64,000 nucleotides of DNA from Fibrobacterales bacterium (GCA_051532055.1 JAOPTX010000057.1:24736-88735); one strand, 5' to 3'; shown: positions 8,197 through 18,520, counted from the first letter of the stretch. Numbers and translations: made by a program. The notes: generated by a model not told the origin, from the sequence alone.

Positions 8197-9534
8197 TTAT
8201 CTCACAATCTTCCGCGACTCAACATAAAACCTCTTCTCAGAAGCCTCACCAAGAGAAAATGATTTCCGAGGAAAAACACCTTCTTTAATAACGGTAGGGA
8301 AGAGCGAAGACTTCTCAACTTCAGGAAGAAGAATCCCCATGTTACCCTCTTTGTTACCAAGCTCAACAGTCGTATCAATTCCATGAATATAATCAACAGT
8401 CGTCTTAGGGTTTTGGGCGAGAAATTCGTCCATAAAAAGTTGTACTGATCCAACATCAAGAGTGTGTTTTGGATTAAGGATGCTCACATATGCTTTTTTA
8501 CTTGCAGTATTAAAAGCAAATTTATGATAGCCATTTTTTGCATTAATCGCAGAAACCATTGTTTCGGTATCGTTCACTTCAACAATCTCTACGTTGTAGA
8601 ATTTTTTGAGTTGCGCAACAAATTTCTCTGGGTCAACATTAAAGAGGGTACGGTGAATCGCTTCACAGGTAAGTCCTTCATCATAGACATTGTTGATTTC
8701 AACAAGTGCATAACGAGCAGGATGATTCATGAGCTCAGCGTCATTAGGGTTTTCAGCTTTAAGCTCTTCCCAAATAGTTTTTGCAGTAGCAAGTGAGTGG
8801 TTACCATCACCAACAGCAAAAAGGAGTGGATTATCACTTCCATATTTTAACTTATACTGTGCAGGGTCCGCAATTGCTTCAATGGCATCAGTAATTTGGT
8901 TAAGAGAATCTTCGTCAGATACCATCCATCCAGAGATATGACCAGCACCTTGCATAAGCTCAAAATCATAGATCTTGTCAAATGAATCACGTTTTTCAAA
9001 GAGTGGCTCAACAATTGATCTCTTCGGGTCATCAATAAGAAAGAGGATATGAGGAAGTTCGATTGATGCGTCTTGACGAACCATTTTTCGAGGAGGAATT
9101 CTGTCGAGGATAGTGCCTTCAGATGCACGAATCAGACTCGTAGAACCAACTGAAAAGTCATAATGTTCAAGATCAACATTAAAAAGGAGGCCTTTTTTAC
9201 TCTCAACAAACTCAGTTTTGCGGTCAATAAGAATCGCACCAGGCTGTTTTTCTTCAAGAATATCATCAGCAACATACTGTTTCATGTTTTTATTGATTGA
9301 ATCAATAATCTCTTGAGTGCGGCCATCTTCGAGATACGCTTCAGGAAAAGTGATATTAAGTGTAGAAGGCGCATCGGCCACGACTTTCTCAACCCCAGTC
9401 CAATATTCACGTTGTGATGTGTATTGATCACAGGCAATAACAGCCCATTTTTGCATATCAACATCTGATTTAGGAAGTAAAATTTGAGGGACCTGGAGTC
9501 CAAGTTTTGCGAGTTTTTCCGCTCTATCTGCCAT
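8197..9534 (-). CDS. DUF1015 family protein
   Basis: WAVIACDQYTSQ, IRASEGT..RIPPR, FAVGDGNHSLATAK, PRKSFSLG. Confidence 0.9.
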   Translation of the reverse strand: MADRAEKLAKLGLQVPQILLPKSDVDMQKWAVIACDQYTSQREYWTGVEKVVADAPSTLNITFPEAYLEDGRTQEIIDSINKNMKQYVADDILEEKQPGAILIDRKTEFVESKKGLLFNVDLEHYDFSVGSTSLIRASEGTILDRIPPRKMVRQDASIELPHILFLIDDPKRSIVEPLFEKRDSFDKIYDFELMQGAGHISGWMVSDEDSLNQITDAIEAIADPAQYKLKYGSDNPLLFAVGDGNHSLATAKTIWEELKAENPNDAELMNHPARYALVEINNVYDEGLTCEAIHRTLFNVDPEKFVAQLKKFYNVEIVEVNDTETMVSAINAKNGYHKFAFNTASKKAYVSILNPKHTLDVGSVQLFMDEFLAQNPKTTVDYIHGIDTTVELGNKEGNMGILLPEVEKSSLFPTVIKEGVFPRKSFSLGEASEKRFYVESRKIVR

Positions 9535-9668
9535 TATCTCTCCGGCTGAGTTGTTGGTTCGTTTGTGAAGAAAAGTAGAAAATTTGAAAGAGAATAATGA
9601 ATCTAGTATTGATAAATAACTATTCTCAATCGGGTAGTGTTAAAAGGCTCCCATAATGAGGGCCTTGA

Positions 9669-10307
9669 CTATAGTTCTTGTCCAATAAATCCATAATCAA
9701 CATGTTCACCAGGGAACTTCATTTGAAGCTTTGCAACGGTTTCGTAAAATTGTTGGAGTTCTTGAAATACCTCGGTACCCACCATCTCTTCAGCATCTTG
9801 TTCATTCTCCATATTGTAACTGAGAAAACTACCATCAGGAAAAATATACAGATAACAGTCCCAGTTAACTTCTTCGGAGGGTTCTAAATTGTCGAGGAGT
9901 AAGAGAGGTTTTGGAGAATAAATAGGAGGGTAATGACCATCAACCCAGATAAACCGGTTTCGATCGAGTAAGAAATACTCAAGAGCCATACAGTATTTGT
10001 CTTCGTGCATGGTTTCTATAAGTTCAATATTTTCAAGATCTTCTACAATAGGGTTGCGGAGGTCGTATGGGAGGACTATCTGATGATACTCAAATTTATG
10101 TGCATTTGAACCAACACGATCGAGCCATGATTTTGGTGGTGTTGGCTGTTTTTTAAGGAAGGTACCCATGTTTTCTAAAATTTGGGGCATGAGAGAAGTG
10201 TACTTTTTTGACTCCTCTTTTGCGGTATTAATAGTATGGATAAGATTGTCAAGCACCTCTTCAGATGAGTACTTGAGAGTATTTTCTTCTTGTTTTTCTT
10301 TGGTCAT
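9669..10307 (-). CDS. Hypothetical cytoplasmic protein
   Basis: 212-aa ORF whose start overlaps the aspartoacylase stop by 1 nt (TAATG). Confidence 0.75.
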   Translation of the reverse strand: MTKEKQEENTLKYSSEEVLDNLIHTINTAKEESKKYTSLMPQILENMGTFLKKQPTPPKSWLDRVGSNAHKFEYHQIVLPYDLRNPIVEDLENIELIETMHEDKYCMALEYFLLDRNRFIWVDGHYPPIYSPKPLLLLDNLEPSEEVNWDCYLYIFPDGSFLSYNMENEQDAEEMVGTEVFQELQQFYETVAKLQMKFPGEHVDYGFIGQEL

Positions 10308-11194
10308 TAAAAGATCTCTTGGGATTTTTGTGTTACGCTAAAGGCAATGCCTTTCTCATAGTATGCAAGTTCATTAATAAATACAGGATACACCGTTTCG
10401 GTTCCTTCATAGAGAAGTTCTTCTCCATCGAATGTAAGGAAAATAGGGTCACCTGGATGTAATGGTTGATAGTCCTTGCCTTGTAAATTGGGATGAATCA
10501 TTGCGTTTGGTTCGTTCTGTTCATCTCTAGGAAAGTCTACATTGTATTGTTGGGTGTATATATCAACACTCTGGGGTGTGTGTGACTCATTGTTATTAAG
10601 ACTTTCAATGGCATCAAGTGCAGCATATACTACCTGTTCCGTCTCAAAATAGAGGTCGGCAATCAATGAACCATGGGCTTGAGGGCCTGATTCAACACAA
10701 ATATCACGTTGTGCTATGCTCGGGAGGTAGGGGCTATTTTCACTACCTTCGGCCATATAGTAAATATACACCAGTGGATTTGAAGAGAGTTTTGAAAGGA
10801 TCTGTAAGAGTGCGGGATCTTTTTGACCAATAATCAGGGAGATTCCCATGTTAGCTGTTGTATTATGAAGGTCAAGAATTATATCAGATGCGTGAGGAGA
10901 GCCTTTGGGCCCAAGTTCTGTGTTGATCTCTTTTGCTCTATGCTCTTCGGTGGTGATGAGGGAAGGGTCATTAAGGTCCGACTGTTTAAAACACCTGTTG
11001 AGATCTTTCTCTATGTATCTTCTGCAAGCCTTTATTGCGTCATGGTTTGCGAGGGTTGTTGTGGTGCAGAAGCTATCGCGTTCAATGAGTGTTGGGTTAC
11101 GGTCCCATTTCTTAATAAGGTTGACACCGGTAAGTTCATTACCGTGTGTGCCGCCAACAATAGCGATCTTAGTGAGAGGGGATAAATGGTCCAT
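10307..11194 (-). CDS. Aspartoacylase (AstE/AspA family Zn hydrolase)
   Basis: GGTHGNE, DLNRCF, DLHNTT, VESGPQ, FINELAYYEK. Confidence 0.92.
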   Translation of the reverse strand: MDHLSPLTKIAIVGGTHGNELTGVNLIKKWDRNPTLIERDSFCTTTTLANHDAIKACRRYIEKDLNRCFKQSDLNDPSLITTEEHRAKEINTELGPKGSPHASDIILDLHNTTANMGISLIIGQKDPALLQILSKLSSNPLVYIYYMAEGSENSPYLPSIAQRDICVESGPQAHGSLIADLYFETEQVVYAALDAIESLNNNESHTPQSVDIYTQQYNVDFPRDEQNEPNAMIHPNLQGKDYQPLHPGDPIFLTFDGEELLYEGTETVYPVFINELAYYEKGIAFSVTQKSQEIF

Positions 11195-11262
11195 AGTCCA
11201 AAAAGTTCTATCTTATAAGGTAAATATATTATAATTTAAAATAAAACTGACCCCTACTCATA

Positions 11263-12276
11263 ATGAAGCCAAAAGATACCAACTTAAAAAAGAAGCATAT
11301 TGACTTTTTTGCCAAAATGGCAATTGAAGCTTTTGAGGGTATGTTTGGAGTTGCTTTTCGTAAAAAAGGTCCTGTAGAGCACAAAGAAACCATAGAAATT
11401 CAATTCCCTATGATTTGTACGGTTGATTCCGTAGGGAGTATGGTACTCTCGTTCTTTATCTCTTTTGAAGAGAGAACAGCCCTTGGACTCCTTGGACTTC
11501 CAGGAGACTCATTTGAAGCCTTATCGTTAAATGATAAAAAACGAGTAATTGGCATGATTACCGAAATGGGAAATGTTGTTATCGGTTCTACGCAAGGTTC
11601 ACTTGAAAAAGAACATGGCACTCTGACTTTGGGACTTCCCACTTATTGGCGTGTCCATTCTCCAGAGGATTATTCCTTACCCTCCATTAGTAATTATTCA
11701 CAACTCTTACATTCTAAAGCGGGCGATGTTGAAATTACTCTTGCCTTTGATTTTAGAGAACTTCAAATTGCAACCCAAAACAGACGATTGACCGAAGAGG
11801 CAACGGTTGATGAATTAACGAGCCTTTTAAATGTGCGTCAGTATAATTATGACATTAAAATGTTTATTGAGAAGGGGAACGATGGATTTGGATTTTCTCT
11901 ATTAATCTTAGATGTTGATAATTTTAAACAGCTCAATGACACCCATGGGCATAAGTATGGTGATAAAATACTCACTATGGTGGCCACTACCATTCAAAAT
12001 TCAATCCGTTCCAATGATAAGTGTTATCGTTTTGGTGGTGATGAGTTTATTGTGCTCCTTTCTGGGGCTCAGCCTGAGCATGCATCGATGACGGCGCGCC
12101 GTATTTGCAGGAATTACCAACATCATATGAATAAAATGAATACTTCATCCCTCTCAATTGGGGCGGCTACTTTTGAAAAAGAGATGACTGCTGAAACCCT
12201 CTTTAAACGGGCTGATGATGCCATGTATGTTGCAAAGACTACTGATGGGAATACCTACGAAGCGTACGATTCATAG
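11263..12276 (+). CDS. Diguanylate cyclase with N-terminal CheX/CheC-like domain
   Basis: DELTSLLN, DVDNFKQLNDTHGH, RFGGDEF, RADDAMY; N-terminal EMGN (ExxN) motif. Confidence 0.88.
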   Translation: MKPKDTNLKKKHIDFFAKMAIEAFEGMFGVAFRKKGPVEHKETIEIQFPMICTVDSVGSMVLSFFISFEERTALGLLGLPGDSFEALSLNDKKRVIGMITEMGNVVIGSTQGSLEKEHGTLTLGLPTYWRVHSPEDYSLPSISNYSQLLHSKAGDVEITLAFDFRELQIATQNRRLTEEATVDELTSLLNVRQYNYDIKMFIEKGNDGFGFSLLILDVDNFKQLNDTHGHKYGDKILTMVATTIQNSIRSNDKCYRFGGDEFIVLLSGAQPEHASMTARRICRNYQHHMNKMNTSSLSIGAATFEKEMTAETLFKRADDAMYVAKTTDGNTYEAYDS

Positions 12277-12408
12277 AGTTAATTCTCTGGTAACCGGCAT
12301 TGTAACCTTGTTAAATCAATAAAATTTCGATAGTTTAACCCCTTTTTATCCCCCTCCTCGCATTATATGAGCTATTTTCTACCTTTTAGGGCTCTCAAAG
12401 GATTATGC

Positions 12409-13818
12409 GTGACTATTAAACAATTACAACAAAAGTACTCTCAAGTTTTTGTAGCGGGGCTTAAGGGCGATAGTGCTGTTGAAGCGTTTCGCGATCGTCG
12501 AAAAAGACAGTTAAAAGAGCTCAAGGGAGTTTCTTTTTTCTTTAGTGCCTCTCATGAGCCACACCACGATACGGTGCACCTGATGAATGCGACACGTCTA
12601 TTCCAGGAACCTTCAATCCTCTATCTTACAGGCATAAATCAACAAGGTATTGTGTTGATGCTCGATCCGCAAGGGCGTTCTGAGAGTGAAATACTCTTTG
12701 TCGCACCGAAAGACCCAACAAAAGAGTTTTGGGATGGTGTACGTATTGGTATCATTGATAAGGTTTCCCCTAAAAAGTCCATTCAAGATATTGTCGATCT
12801 CGTTGGTATCACAAAGGTGAAGCCCCTATCGGATCTCGATAGCTGGATTAAAGAAAAAGCACGAAAAACAGATGTTTTTTATGCATTTCACCATACGTAT
12901 CTTAATAAAAAGCGTATTACACGAAGAGAAGATCAAAATAGTGGGCAGGTGAAAGCATTAAAGAAAGCCATAAGAAGTGTTAATAAGGGTGCAGTGATTG
13001 AGTCATGTGCTGCAGAGCATTTTGCAGTGCGTAATGTCCATGATCAGTGGCAAGTTAAAGAGAGCAAGCGGGCACAAAAATTGACTCGTGATGCCTATCT
13101 CGCTTTTTTACCTCGGCTCCCTGCATTAAAAAGTGAGCATGAAGTTCGATTAGGGCTTGAGGGTTTACTGCAAGAAAAGTCTATTTATGGACTCTCATTC
13201 CCAACTATTGTTGCAAGCGGACAAAACGCCTGTGTACTCCATTACCAAAAATGTGACGCGCCTCTCGATAAAAAAGGGATGTTACTCCTTGATTTTGGAG
13301 TTCGATTTGGTACGCTCCATTCTGATATTTCTCGAACGATTCCTGCAAATGGGAAATTTAATCCCTTACAGAAGCTACTCTATGAAATAGTACTTGAGGC
13401 TCAATCGGTAAATGAAGCACTTATCAAGCCCGGTGCAATTATTCAAGATAATGACTGGAAAGTATGGAGTTTTATCGAAAAAGAGCTTAATAGCCAGTTT
13501 TTTGCCAAGGGTGGCATTGCAAAACGAGAGTATACAACCAAACCTCATGGGGTGAGTCACCTCATCGGTGAACAGTGTCATGAAGGTGACCCGTTCCGCC
13601 TCTATCAGGTAGAGCCACTTCGAGAGGGAATGTTGCTCTCAAATGAGCCCGGTTTGTACGGCTATTTTGAGATGAAAATTGACGGACGCCTCTATAAAGA
13701 GTATATTGGCATACGAATTGAAGATGACATCTATGTAACAAAAAATGGATGTGATAATTTGTCAAAATCTATCCCAAAAACGGTAGATGAGATTGAATCA
13801 CTAATGAAAAAGGTGTGA
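12409..13818 (+). CDS. pepP: Xaa-Pro aminopeptidase (M24B); GTG start chosen, ORF open from 12367
   Basis: FPTIVASGQNACVLHY, LLDFG..SDISRT, HGVSHLIG, SNEPGLY, GIRIEDD; AAAGGA before GTG. Confidence 0.88.
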   Translation: MTIKQLQQKYSQVFVAGLKGDSAVEAFRDRRKRQLKELKGVSFFFSASHEPHHDTVHLMNATRLFQEPSILYLTGINQQGIVLMLDPQGRSESEILFVAPKDPTKEFWDGVRIGIIDKVSPKKSIQDIVDLVGITKVKPLSDLDSWIKEKARKTDVFYAFHHTYLNKKRITRREDQNSGQVKALKKAIRSVNKGAVIESCAAEHFAVRNVHDQWQVKESKRAQKLTRDAYLAFLPRLPALKSEHEVRLGLEGLLQEKSIYGLSFPTIVASGQNACVLHYQKCDAPLDKKGMLLLDFGVRFGTLHSDISRTIPANGKFNPLQKLLYEIVLEAQSVNEALIKPGAIIQDNDWKVWSFIEKELNSQFFAKGGIAKREYTTKPHGVSHLIGEQCHEGDPFRLYQVEPLREGMLLSNEPGLYGYFEMKIDGRLYKEYIGIRIEDDIYVTKNGCDNLSKSIPKTVDEIESLMKKV

Positions 13819-13822
13819 AATA

Positions 13823-14290
13823 ATGAGTGATAAAGAAGAAATAGACGATATAGAAGAAATTGACGGAATAGACGAACTCGATGCTGCTGCAGAGAGTGAG
13901 GCAGTCGAAGAAGTTGTTGTAGTTGAACCTGCAGAACGAGACTATAGTCAACGGAAATTGCTCGCAATCGAACCAGATGATCAAAAAATTGCAAAACTCG
14001 AAACAGTTCTTGGTGAAATTCTTCCTGGCGCCGCAGTCACTCTTGTCGATGATTGTGACGAAGCGATGGAAATCTCTGATGATAATAATTTCGATACCGT
14101 AGTTATTGATCTTCAATATGAAGAGTTTAGCTCTCATGAATTTGTAAAAATGGTCAATAATGATGCTGAGATTCTTCTCGTATCATTTAAAGTCGATAAT
14201 GTTGATATGGTAGATTTTCAAAATAGATTTAAATTGGAACCTCTCCGTAAAATATTCGACAACGCCAAAAACGCTAAAATAAAGATTTAA
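13823..14290 (+). CDS. Hypothetical protein: acidic N-terminal tail plus degenerate receiver-like domain
   Basis: D/E-rich first ~35 aa; LLAIEPDD and FDTVVIDL resemble REC beta1/beta3. Confidence 0.6.
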   Translation: MSDKEEIDDIEEIDGIDELDAAAESEAVEEVVVVEPAERDYSQRKLLAIEPDDQKIAKLETVLGEILPGAAVTLVDDCDEAMEISDDNNFDTVVIDLQYEEFSSHEFVKMVNNDAEILLVSFKVDNVDMVDFQNRFKLEPLRKIFDNAKNAKIKI

Positions 14291-14294
14291 TGCT

Positions 14295-15536
14295 ATGAAC
14301 CTGTTTGAGTTTGAAAAAGAAGGGTACTACGGTGAATTTGGAGGGACCTTCCTTCCTGAGATATTAAAAACTACCGTGGATGAATTGAATATAGCCTATC
14401 ATAACGCTATAGACGACCCTTCCTTTTGGCCAGAGTATGTGAGCTTGATGGAGGAGTATTGTGGAAGACCAACTCCTATTACTCATCTAAAAAACCTCTC
14501 TGAAAAACTCGGTGGCGCTCAAATATATGTGAAGCGCGAAGACTTAAATCATACCGGTGCTCATAAAGCAAATAATGTCATGGGCCAAGGGCTTCTGGTA
14601 AAACGCATGGGTAAAACTCGTGTTATTGCCGAAACAGGAGCAGGACAGCACGGTGTTGCCACGGCAACAATGGCTGCAAAATTTGGTTTTGAATGTACCA
14701 TATATATGGGTGCTGTTGATGTTGCACGACAACGGCCCAATGTGTTCTGGATGGAACAGATGGGTGCCGAAGTTATTGCAGTAGAGTCGGGGCAAAAAAC
14801 ATTGAAAGATGCTATCAACGAATCTCTCAGAGATTGGGTATCTTCAATGGATAACACACACTACGTACTCGGTACGGCATGTGGATTTCACCCCTTTCCT
14901 GAAATGGTCTCCTATTTTCAATCAATCATTGGCGCAGAAGCATATCATCAGATTCAAAAATGTGCAGGTAAATTACCTGATAAAGTTTTTGCTTGTGTTG
15001 GCGGTGGTTCTAATGCAATGGGTATTTTTCAAGGCTTTCTCAATGAAAAGAATGTAGAACTTATTGCGGTTGAAGCTGGTGGAGAAGGGATGACTCCTGG
15101 AAACCATGCGGCACGTCTTGCAAAAGGTTCAAATGCTACTGTAGGAGTTGCTGGGTATAAGACTATGTTTCTTCAAGATGACGATGGTCAGATGCAGCAT
15201 ACAAAATCTTGTGCTGCAGGTCTTGACTATGTTGGTGTTTCACCAATACTTGCACACCTCCATAAAGAGGGACGTGTACGTTTTGAGGCCGCACTCGATA
15301 CCGAAGTAATCGAAGCCCTTAAGACTGTTATGAAAAATGAAGGAATAATTCCAGCGCTTGAGAGCTCACACGCATTTGCTCAAGCTCTTAAAGAAGCACC
15401 TCATATGGATACTGATCAAGTGATATTGATCAATCAATCAGGCCGTGGGGATAAAGATATCTTTACCGTTGCTGATGCAATCCATGATCCAAAATGGGAT
15501 GAGTTTCTCAGATTTAAAGTTTCTAACCTGAAGTAA
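14295..15536 (+). CDS. trpB: Tryptophan synthase beta chain
   Basis: KREDLNHTGAHK, AETGAGQHG, CVGGGSNA, PALESSHA, SGRGDKD. Confidence 0.97.
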   Translation: MNLFEFEKEGYYGEFGGTFLPEILKTTVDELNIAYHNAIDDPSFWPEYVSLMEEYCGRPTPITHLKNLSEKLGGAQIYVKREDLNHTGAHKANNVMGQGLLVKRMGKTRVIAETGAGQHGVATATMAAKFGFECTIYMGAVDVARQRPNVFWMEQMGAEVIAVESGQKTLKDAINESLRDWVSSMDNTHYVLGTACGFHPFPEMVSYFQSIIGAEAYHQIQKCAGKLPDKVFACVGGGSNAMGIFQGFLNEKNVELIAVEAGGEGMTPGNHAARLAKGSNATVGVAGYKTMFLQDDDGQMQHTKSCAAGLDYVGVSPILAHLHKEGRVRFEAALDTEVIEALKTVMKNEGIIPALESSHAFAQALKEAPHMDTDQVILINQSGRGDKDIFTVADAIHDPKWDEFLRFKVSNLK

Positions 15537-15539
15537 TAT

Positions 15540-16316
15540 ATGAGTTTATCTAAAGTAATTCAAGATGCGGCAGCCGAAAAAGGTATTGCCCTTATGACCC
15601 ACATCATATGTGGGTATCCATCATTTGATGACAATCGAATCATTCTCGATGAGATGGAAAAAGCCGGTGTTGAAGTTGTAGAAATGCAGTTTCCGTTCTC
15701 TGAGCCTATTGCTGATGGACCGGTATTTGCCCAAGCAAATCAAGTCTCAATAGAAAATGGCACAACCATTGATCAGTGTTTTGCTTTTGTTAAAGAGTGT
15801 AGCGAGAAGTACTCCTTTCAAATTTTGATGATGGGCTATTATAATACGGTTTTCAAACGTGGTGAAGAAAAATTCTGTAAAGACCTCGTAGCTGCTGGTG
15901 GTGTTGGAATGATCGTTCCTGATGTTCCATTAGAAGAAGCCACTGATCTTCGTAAGTATGCGAAAGAGTCAAAGCTCTCTTTAGTGCAACTCGTTGCTCC
16001 AACAAATACAGAAGAGCGTATTGCTCATATTTGTACTCTTGCAAATGAACTCAATAGTATCGTCTATGCTGTCGCTCGTAAGGGAGTTACTGGTAAAAAG
16101 ACTGAACTTGATAGAGGTCTTGAAGGCTACTTGTCAACCATCAAAAGAACGCTCAATGAGCCTCTTGCTGTTGGGTTTGGCATTAAGTCAAAGGCTGATG
16201 TTGATTACCTCAGAGGTAAAGCTGAGTGTGCTGTTATTGGCACTGCAATGCTTACTGCCTATGAGAGTGGTGGTGCTGAAGGGGTTCGATCTCTTTTAAC
16301 AGAATTACGACCCTAG
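15540..16316 (+). CDS. trpA: Tryptophan synthase alpha chain
   Basis: EMQFPFSEPIADGPV, MGYYN, VPDVP, GVTG, VGFGI. Confidence 0.96.
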   Translation: MSLSKVIQDAAAEKGIALMTHIICGYPSFDDNRIILDEMEKAGVEVVEMQFPFSEPIADGPVFAQANQVSIENGTTIDQCFAFVKECSEKYSFQILMMGYYNTVFKRGEEKFCKDLVAAGGVGMIVPDVPLEEATDLRKYAKESKLSLVQLVAPTNTEERIAHICTLANELNSIVYAVARKGVTGKKTELDRGLEGYLSTIKRTLNEPLAVGFGIKSKADVDYLRGKAECAVIGTAMLTAYESGGAEGVRSLLTELRP

Positions 16317-16522
16317 TAATGAATACTGAGTACTTGCTCAAAGCATAAAAACACAAATAAAGTAATTATCTATATACCCGCCTTTATTTTTTTGAGTAAT
16401 TTGACCTATCGTATGTTCTATAAGGTGTAATGGGTACCAAAGTTTACAGAGTTGCGTGTTGTTATCTTTTGCATATTAACTATCTTTGTCTTCAAATTGA
16501 CCAGACATCAATGAGAGAGACA

Positions 16523-18520
16523 ATGAATACTTTTATAAAAAGAGTAACCGTCCCATTTTCAATAGCAATTCTTAGCTTATTTAATGGGTGTGATACCAGT
16601 ACTCCAATTACTGGAAATGAAAATAATACAGACGAACCTACCCTAACCTTTTCAGATATTAGCGCACCCAAGGGTTTTGCTTTTTCAGTGTACAACGAAA
16701 AAGGTCTGACCGTACGACTCAGTGTAGATAGTGAAGAAGGGATACTCCCTTATGAAGGTGCAACGATTAGAGTTGTTGATGGATCGACAAATGATTTATT
16801 GGCTTCATTTATTACCGATGTAAATGGAGAAGTATTGTATGACGGCGCTAATCTTTCATCAGATGTAAATAAAGTAGGGATTTCAGTATACGCTGCTGGT
16901 ATTCCAGAAGATACGTTATGGTATACCAAAGAGCAATTGACTACGCTCGATAGAATTGTAATTGTTAACCCTACAACGTATGATACTAATGAAGAACAGA
17001 GTACGGTTGCTGCAAAGGCTTCTGTTATTTCCCGCATCGAAGAAGTTGATGGAGTAGTGTATGGTAAAGAGAAACATCCAAGAAAAGATTTCCGATTAGT
17101 TTCTGGAGCACTCTTTGTTGAACGTTCTAAATTAGACCCAATACCTGCAGTATGGCAGGGGACTAAAGAGATTCATATTAATGCTCTTACCAATCCAAAT
17201 GATAAAGATAAGATTTGGGCGCACTTTATGCATACTGGTGCTGGGTATCAAAATGCTTTTGGATACTACTGGTATAAAAAATCTGAAAACCCTACAGGTG
17301 CACTGAGTGGTATCAATCGTGTCACACTCTTTGGTTTGGTTGATGGTTTTTATAGCATACGTAAAAGAGCCCCAAAAGCTCTCGTGGGTACGGTTACTGA
17401 ATTTAAATCGAGACTTGCTGATGCAAATGATGAAATTGTAATCGGATTTTGGTTACATGCTGATTATGAACAAGGTAACAAACCAACTAACCCGATTTGG
17501 TATTCTAATACTGCGTATAACGTTCAGGCACATGGTGCAGCAGAGGAGTTTCACCATGTAAGCTTTCCATCGCGATCAGATGAAACAGAATTTGTATTTG
17601 CTATCGAAGACCTTCGTACCTCAAATTCAGATGAAGACTACAATGACTTAATACTGATCATTGATGATGTTGCTCCTTCAGAACCATGTGACATTCAAAA
17701 CGATCCTAGTTGTATTACGTGTAGTGATTTACCATATAACAAAAAATCACGATTTGCCTTCGAAGATCAATACCCTAACTATGGTGATTTCGACTATAAC
17801 GATGTAGTTGTTGATGTTGATTATTCTTTTGTTTCACGCAAATGTAATCTTATGGGTAGTGCGATACTAGACAATACATACGGGGCAAAATATGCACCGC
17901 AACTCGTCAGTGGATCAGTGGCAGTAACGCCCGTTGCTAATGGTGCGCTCTATTCTCTTGGGTTTGCAGTGTCATTGGGTAACTCTTTCCCTGGAGCGAC
18001 GGTAGTCGTTGATAATAGTGCTTCTGATGTTGTAGAAGTAGCAGATGAAGTGATCATTGAGTTCTTCGATTTTATGAGAGCACAGTTTGATCGTACTCCA
18101 TCAACCATATTAGTGAATACCGATCCATTAGAGGGGAGCAATAGTGCACCAGCTTATTCAGCTAACGCAACGTTTACCGCTACTATTACTTTTGCTCAGG
18201 GAACAGCAATTCCTGCAAATATGAAATCGGTACTTAAACCATTTATTTATTTTAATGATGATGTGAGCAAAGAGATTCATTTAAAAAATGGAATACTGAC
18301 TGCGCGAGGTGTTGCACAAAACCTTGTAGGAACACCAGCCGAAGGTCATTCATACGAAGACGGTAATGGAATTCCATGGGCAATTGAGCTTAATCAAAAT
18401 ACTTTGTATCCTGTAGAGTTCCAAGATTTTGCTGATGCGTATCCGTTCTATGCTTCATGGGTACAAACCGGTGAGCCACAAGATTGGGCTACACAGGGGA
18501 ATGATTCAGTTCTATACTAA
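16523..18520 (+). CDS. LruC-domain (DUF4842, plus DUF4114-like) lipoprotein; ORF open from 16430
   Basis: Lipobox FNGC; HTGAGYQNAFGYY; two (F/I)ED...D.DYND motifs; KEIHL, IPWAI, YPVE, AYP..WV C-terminus. Confidence 0.8.
   Translation: MNTFIKRVTVPFSIAILSLFNGCDTSTPITGNENNTDEPTLTFSDISAPKGFAFSVYNEKGLTVRLSVDSEEGILPYEGATIRVVDGSTNDLLASFITDVNGEVLYDGANLSSDVNKVGISVYAAGIPEDTLWYTKEQLTTLDRIVIVNPTTYDTNEEQSTVAAKASVISRIEEVDGVVYGKEKHPRKDFRLVSGALFVERSKLDPIPAVWQGTKEIHINALTNPNDKDKIWAHFMHTGAGYQNAFGYYWYKKSENPTGALSGINRVTLFGLVDGFYSIRKRAPKALVGTVTEFKSRLADANDEIVIGFWLHADYEQGNKPTNPIWYSNTAYNVQAHGAAEEFHHVSFPSRSDETEFVFAIEDLRTSNSDEDYNDLILIIDDVAPSEPCDIQNDPSCITCSDLPYNKKSRFAFEDQYPNYGDFDYNDVVVDVDYSFVSRKCNLMGSAILDNTYGAKYAPQLVSGSVAVTPVANGALYSLGFAVSLGNSFPGATVVVDNSASDVVEVADEVIIEFFDFMRAQFDRTPSTILVNTDPLEGSNSAPAYSANATFTATITFAQGTAIPANMKSVLKPFIYFNDDVSKEIHLKNGILTARGVAQNLVGTPAEGHSYEDGNGIPWAIELNQNTLYPVEFQDFADAYPFYASWVQTGEPQDWATQGNDSVLY

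Noticed and set aside
7682..8262. ORFs 7682-7897 (-) and 7966-8262 (+)
   Set aside because: They overlap the structured element, terminator and A-tracts; the Lys-rich tail comes from poly-A runs
13769..14137. 122-aa minus-strand ORF
   Set aside because: Antisense to the operonic 13823-14290 gene; Phe-richness mirrors GAA/GAT codons
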